Of a stretch of DNA of 63,952 bases, positions 53,687 to 63,952 are shown one piece after another. Position 1 is the first letter of the stretch; each line of letters opens with the position of its first letter. The DNA comes from Octopus bimaculoides (taxonomy: Eukaryota). A program made the translations under genes and the position numbers. The DNA is taken from the NCBI RefSeq assembly GCF_001194135.2, contig NC_068985.1:122765211-122829162 (forward strand), in the 5' to 3' direction. The notes beneath the pieces were generated by a model. It did no database searches and was not told where the DNA came from. It saw only the letters and a program-made list of their open reading frames with translations.

Positions 53687-54369
53687 TTGTACACACAACG
53701 GACGTATTCTTCCTTAGTAGCCGATTTCTAGTGCTCTGATCACGTTCATATATTGAACGAATTCCTTCAGTTGATCTATGTAATAACTGAAGAAAGTTTG
53801 CTGTAAGGAATGTATTTCCTATTATATATTATGCAATTATCTGAAACGTACGTATTCAATGATTTCAAACTAACATTATTTGGTTTGACTTCATTATTAT
53901 AATCTTTGAGGTTTACATTAACAACTGTAAACAGATATATAATATAGGCTGTTCCAGATAATGACCTAGGTGTCTCAGTGTAAGAGTTGTGTGAGCTGGT
54001 GGAGGAGGGGCGGGAAATATATTAAATTTCCGGTCGAGGTGCAGTCGAATTTATAGACCCATGTGTATTATTGGAGTCTAAACAAATAGCAGTGTGAAAA
54101 TAAAAAAATCAGTAAGTACAAACAAGTCTTAAATCTTGTATATAGAGGAATTTTTTTTTTATATACCCAGGCCTATTATCCATTTTTTTAGGAGGGGTAG
54201 CCACAACAAGACACACACAAGGCATTCTATTCATTTCCCAGTGCAAAGGGGCAAGCCAAGTTCTATGCTCTGGCCAAGGCATAGAACGTAACTCCCAATA
54301 TCAGTAGCGGGGCCCGACAGCATATGCTGGTTTACCCCCGACGCATCATGCTAGTTCCGTACCCCTTTG

Positions 54370-55005
54370 AGCAACATCAAATTCACTCATCTGTCTACAA
54401 ACACTCTCCAAGCTTTCCTATCATTTATAAACTCTCTTACCTCTCTCTCTCACTCCAACATCTCTAACCACCAAAGCTTTCCTCACTCCATCCATCCACA
54501 CAAACCACCGTGGTCTGCCTCTGGTTTTGCTGCTTATCACTTCTACTTTCACCACTTACCATCCGCTCCTCATCCATCCTCTCCATGTGACCAAACCACC
54601 TCAACATTCGTCTATCCATTTTAGTTGTTAGTTTTTCCCTCATTCCTGCTCGCCTTCGCATCTCCTCATTCCTCATCCTGTCCATCCATGGTCCTCAAAC
54701 ATCTCATCTAAACACATTTAGTCGCCTCCTTTCCGCATTTCTCAGCCCCCACGTCTATGCGCCATATAACATTGTCGGCACAATCACACCCTCATACACA
54801 CCTCTTTTGGCTTTCATACTTAACCTTTTACCTCTCAGCATACTTTTCACAACTCCTAGTATGTTACTCCCCTCCCTCACTCTATATCCCACTTCCTCCC
54901 CCCATCCACCGTCATATGTGATCCCATAAACTTAAAAACACTCACCTCCCTTAGCATCTCACCATTTATACTCTCATCCAACCTACCAGCCATTCCATCT
55001 TTGGA
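54370..55005 (-). mobile_element. RTE-clade LINE RT C-terminal fragment
   Basis: GVYEGVIVPTMLYGA*TWG...DRMRNEEMRRRAG...RRMLRWFGHMERMDEERMV. Confidence 0.82.
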
Positions 55006-55198
55006 ATATCTGTAAGAGGAGGAAACTGATAATGAATGTAGTAGCTAAGAGGTATTGAAATTATATATTTATTGTATCTTTTAGTCAGGCAGACCGGCAG
55101 TGCCTGTGCAGAATTACAAAATCACCGAAAGACGTGGAAGGTATACTCAAGTAGGGGGCCTGGCTCCAATGCTTACAGTAAAGTAGAATCTGCTAAGG

Positions 55199-55478
55199 CA
55201 GGGGTTCCCAACCTCTTTCGTACTGCTGTTTCCTTGGCACCCAGGCCACATTACTAGTACCTCATCTCGCTACCACAAACGTAGACCATTTTCTGCAGTA
55301 AATTCAAAACAACAATATTTCACAAATATAACTTAACCTAATTAACCCATTATTTTATTTGCATTTATATTCGTCGCTCCTTCTTGGCAATCCCATTTTC
55401 GCCCCACTTTTCTTCAACGGCCCACTGAATCTTCCCAACCCTCGGGGCGGGCAGTACCACCCACTTTGGGAACCACTG
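55199..55478. mobile_element. 280 bp hAT (Charlie-like) MITE
   Basis: TIRs are CAGGGGTTCCCAAC and TTTGGGAACCACTG. The 8-bp flanks TGCTAAGG and TGCTAAAG match at 7/8, consistent with a TSD. Confidence 0.88.
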
Positions 55479-56524
55479 TGCTAAAGTCATCCAAGGACCA
55501 ACTAGTAGTGTTAATACTAACAGTAGATTCAGTTTACTGACCAGGGATTTAGTCTTCGCCTTAAAATAGTCGTATATAAGGTTAAAAGGAAAGGAATTGT
55601 CGTGGAATCTCTTTGATCTCAGTTACTGGGAAGATATTTTGGGAGATTTTCTGAATAGATTTTGCCATTATCTCACACCATCTGTCTTCCCGGAAAGCTG
55701 ATGTTGCTTTGGACTGGACAGAAGAACAACGAATATGATTTGAACTGAACGAAATTTCATTGAGAAATGTATTGGAAAGAAAACTTGATCATTAAGAAGT
55801 CGTTATCTTAGAATTGCTTTTGACACAGTTTATAGGAGGCTCTTCATATTGTATTGGAAAAGATTGGCTTCCCGCCCAAATTTGTTGTTACTTTGAAATA
55901 GTTCGATGATGTTACAAAATTAAGAGTAGACTTCGCCTATAAACTGTCATCTCCAATTAGTGTTAAAAATAGCATGAAATAAGACATCTCTGTCCGAGCA
56001 GTTTTCATTGCTTACATTTTCAAATACAGAACTGTGATATTGATGTATGTATTCGTCATCGCACAAATTCGAATAAAAGGGAATTCGAAGTAAGAAATGA
56101 GAAGAATTATCTTCCTATACACCACGAGACAAACCTCTCCCTTTCAACATAAAATAAAATTTCAGTATGTTCTTTATCTATTTTTAGAAAACCAATGCCT
56201 TCATTTATTACCTTACACTTATAAGAACTTGTTTCATCAACCTAGCAAAATATCTCGTTCGATTGATTAGGTCGTATAGAGCAAAACGTACGGTTACCTG
56301 TGACTAATCATTTCATGTTTAAATTTCATATACATATGTATGTACGTATGTATGTATGTATATATGTATGTATGTACGTGTGTTTGTGTGTGTATGTATG
56401 TGTGTGTATGTATGTGTTTGTGTATATATATATATATATTTATGAGTGTATATATATATATATATATATACATATATATTATATTATATTTATATATACA
56501 TATATACACACATATATATATATA

Positions 56525-57935
56525 TATTAAAAGGGGCAGGCCGGTTTATGGGGCTACCCTGGATTTCTCGCTCATAAGGGGTTTAGCCTTACGATGTATC
56601 TTCAGACCATAAACACTGCTGGCCTAAGACCTCTTCAAAATATGGAGGGGAAACTGTCTCGCTATGAAGGTAAACACTAGGTGCTTATCTCCTCTTGTCA
56701 GTGGCCATTGAACTTCGACTGCACAACCATCTTGCTGTCCCCAAATGACCATGAAGGTAAACGATTGTCTCCCTTCAGCCTTGACTGTAGCGCTGCGTTA
56801 CGGATTCCAAAGGGCTAGTAGGAATTTGTTAAAATGCAATCATGGCCCGAAAATCTCCGTCCTGCAGTTCAGGATTCTCTCTCCCATGATCGAATCTTTT
56901 AGGATTCTCGCGCATTTGGCAATACATAACTTGCAACGTCCCGTTCTGTTGATGTAGGGGCCTGGGTTCTCGAGTATTTTCCATGCGATCGAGTATGGTA
57001 TCCCTTCGTCTCTTAGTTGCCAGATATGGCTGGCCAGCGATGTCACGTATCTCCGTTCCGGGACTCCGAAGGAGGAGAAATGATTGCAAAGACGCTGTTT
57101 GACGGAATTCCCAGTGCACCCCTCGTATTTCTGTAGGCGTGTGATGTCGCTGATGTCGCCTGTGGTGTTGTCGCTGAGGCTGGGTTTGCTGCTGTTGGTA
57201 TTGGCATCGATGGGGGTGGTAGTAGTGTCGGTAATATTTTCGTGCCTGCGCGTGTTGCCTGTGCTGCAGTCGTTGTTGTAGCTACTGGTGCTGGCGTTGC
57301 TGTTGTGGCTGTTGTTGTTGTCGCTGCTGCTGGCGCTAGCGCCGGTGTTCTTACTGTTGATGGAGACGGGGTTGCTGGTGTTGTTGGAGCCGGGACTACT
57401 GCTGTTGGCGATGGAGGCGACGGCAATGCTATCGTTACCGCCAGTTATGGAGGAAGCGCTGTTGCTGTTGATAATGTTGTTGCTGCTGTTGTTGCTGTGA
57501 TATTCACAAGTGGAACTGGAATTGTTGCTTCTGCTACTACTACTATAATGGCTGACAGATCTGGCATCGTGGTCGTTGGGGAAGCTATTAGTAAGGCTGG
57601 TGTTGGTGGCGATGCTGCTGCTGTTGGCGATGCCGCTGCTGTTTGTGATGGCGCTGCTGTTGTTGTTAGTGATGTTGCCATCCAATGTGGCGGTGGTGGC
57701 TATGGTGGTGCTGCCATCCAATGTCGCGGTGGTGATAATGGTGGCTGTGTTACTGGCTGTTTCCATGCCTGCAGTTGCTATTGCTTTTTTCGTTGTTAAT
57801 GGCATGTCCTGCATGTCCTGCATGTCCTTTGTTTTCGCAGCGGCCTCCTACCGGGTAACTGCTTCGAATCCTGCATGAACATCCCGCCTCTTCTTGTGTC
57901 TTAGGGGAACTTACTAGGATACTCTATGGGGATAC
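56525..57935 (-). mobile_element. 5'-truncated PLE: Cys linker, low-complexity block, GIY-YIG C-terminal half, 3' repeat
   Basis: GCSCRIRSSYPVGGRCENKG lies at ~57830-57890. KYEGCTGNSVKQRLCNHFSSF...TSLASHIWQLRDEGIPYSIAWKIL...CKLC...LNCRTEIF is a PLE-type GIY-YIG region. Confidence 0.85.
56840..57823 (-). CDS. 327-aa ORF: N/S/T-rich low-complexity region fused in frame to a partial PLE GIY-YIG endonuclease; expression unknown
   Basis: From the ORF track. The TGA stop falls where a Cys is expected (FGP*LHFNKFLL), so it is probably a pseudogene. Confidence 0.4.
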   Translation of the reverse strand: MQDMQDMPLTTKKAIATAGMETASNTATIITTATLDGSTTIATTATLDGNITNNNSSAITNSSGIANSSSIATNTSLTNSFPNDHDARSVSHYSSSSRSNNSSSTCEYHSNNSSNNIINSNSASSITGGNDSIAVASIANSSSPGSNNTSNPVSINSKNTGASASSSDNNNSHNSNASTSSYNNDCSTGNTRRHENITDTTTTPIDANTNSSKPSLSDNTTGDISDITRLQKYEGCTGNSVKQRLCNHFSSFGVPERRYVTSLASHIWQLRDEGIPYSIAWKILENPGPYINRTGRCKLCIAKCARILKDSIMGERILNCRTEIFGP

Positions 57936-57945
57936 TTTTGGGGTG

Positions 57946-58620
57946 TGAAGATATGCAGTAAGGCTAAGCCCATTATGAGCAAGAAACCCAGGGTGACCCC
58001 ACAAATCGGCCTCCCCCATTTTAATATTAACTGCTCTATAACTTAGAGTGTGCTTCTCCAGATTTATGTATTCCTACAAACGATTTCTCTCTCTTATTCT
58101 TTTACCTCCTCTTCTCACACTATTCTATCCTATTACTCCGTTACTCTCCCTCCCTCACTCCTCCTCCCTTGCTCACGTGGCTCCCACGTGACCATCAGCC
58201 ATCTTTCTTCTTCTCCGTTGTAGCTGGAACAAGGAAGACGTGTTCTTGTTTGTCTCCTGTCCTAGCTTGATTTACGCGTTCGCCACCACAACCTCGTTTA
58301 GGCTTAGCAGCCCTTCCTGTTTGTTTTCACTGTCCTGTTTGTGTTACCTATTTTGGCACTTCCAAGATCCCAAATTTGATTTAATTTGCTTTGCGGGAGC
58401 AACTGTTTTATCGAAAGCGTGTATTGTTGTTAAATATTCGAGAATAGAAAAACAGCCAACAACTCATGAAGGGTCATTCTTTATTTTGTTTGTTTTGTTT
58501 TCCATTTGTGTCTTTCGTTGTTCGAAAGAATAGTTCATGTTCCACGTACTCGTGCTTCATACTTTTTTGTTGTACACGTTTCATGACTCCTGTGCCCTCA
58601 TAGGAGAACTTTATTTTTCA
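57946..58620 (+). mobile_element. Inverted PLE terminal repeat copy; right boundary uncertain
   Basis: 57946-58026 is the reverse complement of 56525-56604 (about 14 differences in 81 nt by hand alignment). It continues into pyrimidine-rich sequence with a TCACGTGG-CTC-CCACGTGA hairpin. Confidence 0.6.
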
Positions 58621-59329
58621 ATATCACCCTGTATTCTTCTGATCTCGTCTTTTTTGACTAGCTTTTTGAATTCTGATTTTGTAATTTTGTATTCAGAAAA
58701 TTTTGGACCTTTTCCTTTCCTTATCCTTTGTTTGTTTCTAATCGCTTGTTTTGTTTCATTAGACACCTGTATAGACTGATTTGGTTTGATTTTTGATATT
58801 TTCTTGACGCAGATACCTGTTTTCCCTTGTTGATATTTTCAAAGAGAATTTCTGAGTCTGGTATTTTCGAGGAAGGGAAAATGATTTTGAAAATCAAAAT
58901 GGAATTGTGAAACGTTAGGGTTCTTTAATATTTTAGGTCGTATTTTGGATTAGTATTTTCTTTCTTTGGACAGGAGAAGCTTATTCAAATTTTTGCTCCA
59001 ACTAATTGGTGATGTGAAATGTCTGGAACGTTGAGTGTCATGCTATCAGGAAGTTGCTGGCAAACTGACGGTTTTCTTATTAATATAAACTCGGCTTAAG
59101 GCGTCGGGCTCGCAGAATCTTTAGCACGTCTTTATGCTCTGAGTTCAAATTCCATCTAGGTCGACTTTGCCTTTCATCCTTTCATCCTTGTGCCAAAATT
59201 TGAAATCAATATAAAATTGGTTATTTTTGTGTATTTCCATCAAGTGAGGTCCAGGTTTGGAAGCTTTTCTTTTGAAACATAGCGTTTGTTATATCCAGGT
59301 GATTTCTGATGCACAAGTTTGCAAGTATT

Positions 59330-59790
59330 TAACCACGTGAGTTTTCATTGCCAATAGTATGTTTGCCTACTGCGAAAGGACTTATGTAAGTTGCCAAGCT
59401 TGCTGCTGAATTCACCCATTATAAAAAGGTGATATCTAAGGGGAATATCAACTATCGCTTGAATGCTGTCGTAAAGTTCAAGAATGTCTTCTGCTGCTTG
59501 CACTGAAGTAGAAAAGTAGTACTGAATGAAAAGTTTAGAGAACTTGCCTTTTAAGCTTAGAACTTCTAGTCTATCAGAGATTGATTCATAACAGTCAATA
59601 AGTAGTAAACATGATCTGTTAACAAGAAAGCCAACACCATTTAATCTGGAAGCTTCATTGCTTGAAAAGAAGATTTTGTGGTCAGTATTCTCATATATCT
59701 CAATTTTTTTATTCTTCCACCTTCGTTTCAGAGAAAATAATGATATCTCAATTCCCATCCTGGATTACATGAAGCAAATTTTCTAGAGCA
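59330..59790 (-). mobile_element. RTE-clade LINE APE endonuclease fragment
   Basis: RRWKNK...DHKIFFSSNE...NGVGFLVN...ISDRLEVLSLKGKF...IQYYFST...LFIMGEFSSKLG. Confidence 0.8.
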
Positions 59791-60049
59791 TGAGAGTTAA
59801 GATCATTTATTGTTCTTCTGTTGTATGTGCGGATGATGAATGTCCTGTTATGTTTTGTTTTTCCATTAATCGTATGTGGCACTCAAGTTCGAAGTTGCTA
59901 GAGTAAACATTTGGTCGCTTCTCTCACGACAGACCGAGGCTGCTGATGTGCCCCCACCCTATCGTCTGTGGAGGGTCCGGAGGTGGCTCACTTCTGATCT
60001 CAATCTATGTTGTTAAATATAAGGGCAAAGGTTACTTTCTCGAGTCATG

Positions 60050-60270
60050 CCGACTCACGAGGGCCAACTTCTCGGTTTCCATTGTATATAAATTCCCCAC
60101 CTGGAGGATCCATCGTAGGATTACTCATTCTTGCTAGCCGAGTGGACTAGAGCAACGTGAAATGAAGTGTTTTGCTTAAGAACAAATCGCGTCACCTGGT
60201 CAAAGAATCGAAATTGCAACCTTACGATCATGAGTCCAACACCCTAACCACTAAACCACGCGCCTCCATC
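60050..60270 (-). mobile_element. SINE family C copy
   Basis: Reverse complement of 3612-3825. Confidence 0.85.
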
Positions 60271-60602
60271 TATGTTATTGGACATACCTCATGCTAGTTT
60301 AATCAGCCATTCTTTTCCGTCTTGGCTTAGGGCACGCTGGAAGAGGGTATCAATTTTTGAGTTTTCCTTCGCCTAATCTGGTTGCTTCCACCGCAGATAA
60401 GCGTCTCAATCTACCCTTACAAAACATATTTAAACGATAGATGGGACCCTGGCAGGTAATTCTGTTCCAGCTTAGACAGGACCTGGGAGTGTTGGTGATT
60501 AAGTGGTAAGTTCATGCTCCCCACAATATCTCGAACACTTGAAATCTCGCTAGCGGATGTAGTTGTATGTCATATACATACATACATACATACATACATA
60601 CA

Positions 60603-60638
<36 letters not shown>

Positions 60639-62744
60639 TANNNNNNNNNNNNNNNNNNNNNNNNNNNNNNNNNNNNNNNNNNNNNNNNNNNNNNNNNNNN
60701 NNNNNNNNNNNNNNNNNNNNNNNNNNNNNNNNNNNNNNNNNNNNNNNNNNNNNNNNNNNNNNNNNNNNNNNNNNNNNNNNNNNNNNNNNNNNNNNNNNNN
60801 NNNNNNNNNNNNNNNNNNNNNNNNNNNNNNNNNNNNNNNNNNNNNNNNNNNNNNNNNNNNNNNNNNNNNNNNNNNNNNNNNNNNNNNNNNNNNNNNNNNN
60901 NNNNNNNNNNNNNNNNNNNNNNNNNNNNNNNNNNNNNNNNNNNNNNNNNNNNNNNNNNNNNNNNNNNNNNNNNNNNNNNNNNNNNNNNNNNNNNNNNNNN
61001 NNNNNNNNNNNNNNNNNNNNNNNNNNNNNNNNNNNNNNNNNNNNNNNNNNNNNNNNNNNNNNNNNNNNTATATAATAAAGGATAAATTCTTTATAAGAAT
61101 TTATCAAGTAGTCAGTGTGAAAAAATCTCATAATGAAAAAAATAATGAAAAGAATTTCATAATGAAAAAAATTCATCATTTTTTTCATAAATATATATAA
61201 ATAATTTATATAAAGGGCATTAACTGTGGGAATGCAGCTTTCAAAATGTATCTCTTAAAAACATTTAACTTAACGGTAAACCACTGGTTTCTCAATCAAA
61301 TACAGAAAAACTGTGAAGTAACCTGTATTCTTTTGTTCATCAGTACACGTATGGTCGAGATACATAAAAATAAACAAGAATCAACATACCACGATGTAAC
61401 CACCACAGTACGATGACTTCTGTTCATATGTGTGTGTGTGCGTGTGTGTATGTGTGTGTGTGTACCTTGTACATAAATATCTATACTTTTATACATAATT
61501 TCAAATATAAATTCCATGACACACAATTCTTTTTAAGAGTACATATACCCACGCAAAAACAGACAGACAGACAGACAGACAGACACATACGCGCACACAC
61601 ACGCAGAGAAACAGAGTCATGAATCAGAATTTTGATTACAAAATGTAAGAAAGTAGACTACAAAGTATGTAGGAGATTATTAGTTTCATATTTATTGAGT
61701 TAGACATTGTCTGTAACACTACAGGAGACGGAAACTATAAGAAGCTAGGACAAAGAGAAGCATCAGCTATTTCCTCACATATATGCTTCCATACATACAT
61801 ACATACACTCATATCCGTTGCAGGTATCCGGAATTAATCACCAATTTGCCTTGGTTTAGAGTCAGACAACATACACTGTTATATTTGTAGCCGTTATAAA
61901 TATAATTATGATATATAATAATCATTAATATATATTTGTTCCTGTTCCTACCTACCTACCTATCTACCTATCTACCTATCTACCTATCTACATGTATATA
62001 TATATATATANNNNNNNNNNNNNNNNNNNNNNNNNNNNNNNNNNNNNNNNNNNNNNNNNNNNNNNNNNNNNNNNNNNNNNNNNNNNNNNNNNNNNNNNNN
62101 NNNNNNNNNNNNNNNNNNNNNNNNNNNNNNNNNNNNNNNNNNNNNNNNNNNNNNNNNNNNNNNNNNNNNNNNNNNNNNNNNNNNNNNNNNNNNNNNNNNN
62201 NNNNNNNNNNNNNNNNNNNNNNNNNNNNNNNNNNNNNNNNNNNNNNNNNNNNNNNNNNNNNNNNNNNNNNNNNNNNNNNNNNNNNNNNNNNNNNNNNNNN
62301 NNNNNNNNNNNNNNNNNNNNNNNNNNNNNNNNNNNNNNNNNNNNNNNNNNNNNNNNNNNNNNNNNNNNNNNNNNNNNNNNNNNNNNNNNNNNNNNNNNNN
62401 NNNNNNNNNNNNNNNNNNNNNNNNNNNNNNNNNNNNNNNNNNNNNNNNNNNNNNNNNNNNNNNNNNNNNNNNNNNNNNNNNNNNNNNNNNNNNNNNNNNN
62501 NNNNNNNNNNNNNNNNNNNNNNNNNNNNNNNNNNNNNNNNNNNNNNNNNNNNNNNNNNNNNNNNNNNNNNNNNNNNNNNNNNNNNNNNNNNNNNNNNNNN
62601 NNNNNNNNNNNNNNNNNNNNNNNNNNNNNNNNNNNNNNNNNNNNNNNNNNNNNNNNNNNNNNNNNNNNNNNNNNNNNNNNNNNNNNNNNNNNNNNNNNNN
62701 NNNNNNNNNNNNNNNNNNNNNNNCAGTGAGGAGAGAGTCAAATG

Positions 62745-62902
62745 CGCAGTCGTGGCTGTGTGGTAAGAAGCTTGCTTCCCAGCCACATGATTCCGGGTTC
62801 AGTCACACTGCATGGCACCTTGGGCAAGTGTTTTTTACTATAGCTTCGGGCCTAAGTGGATTTGGTAGACGGAAACTGAAAGAAGCTTGTCGTATATATA
62901 CA

Positions 62903-62957
<55 letters not shown>

Positions 62958-63212
62958 GTGTGTGTGTATGTGTGTGTGTGTATGTGTGTGTGTGTGTCTT
63001 TGTGTCTGTGTCTTTGTGTCTGTGTTTGTCCCTCCATTATCGCTGGTGTGTTTACATCCCCATAACTAAGTGGTTTGGAAAAAGAGACCGATAGAATAAG
63101 TACGAGGCCTTAAAAAAGTTAAGTCCCTATGGTCGATTGTTCGACTAAAACTCTGTAAGGCGGTGCTCCAGCATGACCACAGTCAAATGACTGAAACGGG
63201 TAAAAGAATAAA
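62745..63212 (+). mobile_element. SINE family B copy with internal (TATC)n/(TG)n
   Basis: Head, body and tail match other family B copies. Confidence 0.88.
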
Positions 63213-63801
63213 CGAATATGTATGTGTGTGTGTGTGTAACATATGATAGAGAGGGAAAATGGAATATACGAGAAAGTTCATTGTTCACAACGATCATTTC
63301 GACGCATCTTGCATCGATTTCACGCAAGTGGGATACTGTACAGCTGGTGGTGGTGCACCCCTTGGTGCAGACGGACCTACTCAGGTGGTGCTGTAAGGAG
63401 TGTCTCGTTAATAAACCCCGTTTCATTCGGTTTTAATGCAGCATGCTGTTAGTGACAGAATGTTTAAGCCGTTAGGCAAAAATCGCGAGGGACGGATTCC
63501 GTTTCGATTCTATAAACAAAGACAGGGAGTAATTAAGAAAAATAAGACAAAAAGAAAATGAAAAAAAAAACAAAACAAAAACATACAATAAAGTAAAACA
63601 TCATTTACGTTAGTACCCACGTACAGTTACTTCCGTAGCCACACTTGCTGTCCTGTGTACAAGCACACACTCACCCATATGCAGAGTTAAATAGATATCA
63701 TTAAACGGTTTGATAAATGTCCTGTCACTCTTGTATCACGCTGTGACCCAAGGCAGCGGTGGTTCCGGCTCACTCGTTCAGGGCTTTTGTTGGTCGTTCA
63801 T

Positions 63802-63838
<37 letters not shown>

Positions 63839-63899
63839 CAAAAACACAATAACAAAAAAACAAAAAAACAACAAAGTGAGGACGTGATATGGATAGTAT

Positions 63900-63952
63900 T
63901 ATTGGACGCTCAGGAAAGGAAAGAGAGAGTGTATGACGTTTCGGGCGTAGCC
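63900..63952 (-). mobile_element. PLE terminal repeat fragment, cut by the window end
   Basis: GACGCTCAGGAAAGG...TGACGTTTCGGGCGTAGCC. The minus strand gives GGC-TAC-GCCC-GAAAC-GTC. Confidence 0.6.

Noticed and set aside
57242-57878. + strand Gly/Ala/Val-rich and poly-Leu ORFs that look like membrane or structural proteins
   Set aside because: They are the antisense and shifted frames of the low-complexity trinucleotide block, and they start at non-ATG codons.
61081-61105. 11-bp-arm palindrome GATAAATTCTT-TAT-AAGAATTTATC
   Set aside because: It is short and very AT-rich, so plausible by chance.
63245-63450. GC-richer stretch as a host exon
   Set aside because: No frame gives a recognisable protein and I see no convincing splice pair.

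Overview
This is AT-rich eukaryotic, non-genic DNA from a gapped draft assembly. The SINE families, microsatellite load and element types resemble an octopod cephalopod genome, which is an inference from repeat recognition, not a database match. I found no host protein-coding exon, rRNA, true tRNA or CRISPR array. Most ORF-track entries are translations of microsatellites or N-gaps. The window is a mosaic of decayed mobile elements: one near-full-length Tc1-like element with DD36E spacing, four mariner relics, Tx1/L1-like LINE pieces, R4/Dong-like restriction-endonuclease-like (REL) LINE pieces, RTE and CR1-like LINE fragments, several Penelope-like elements (PLEs) with hammerhead-like motifs, a deleted Helitron, MITEs and three tRNA-derived SINE families. 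The most interesting observations are: (1) a PLE with inverted ends and a ~650-700 bp low-complexity block inside its endonuclease region, forming a 327-aa ORF; (2) a DD36E (Incomer-type) transposon in an apparent mollusc; (3) LINE 3' ends joined reproducibly to (TATC)n; (4) a fold-back element with outward-pointing (TAA)n tails and an internal hairpin; (5) a Dong-like LINE nested in the (TAA)n tract of a Helitron. All family assignments come from motif recognition by eye. Boundaries are approximate unless TIR/TSD positions are given.
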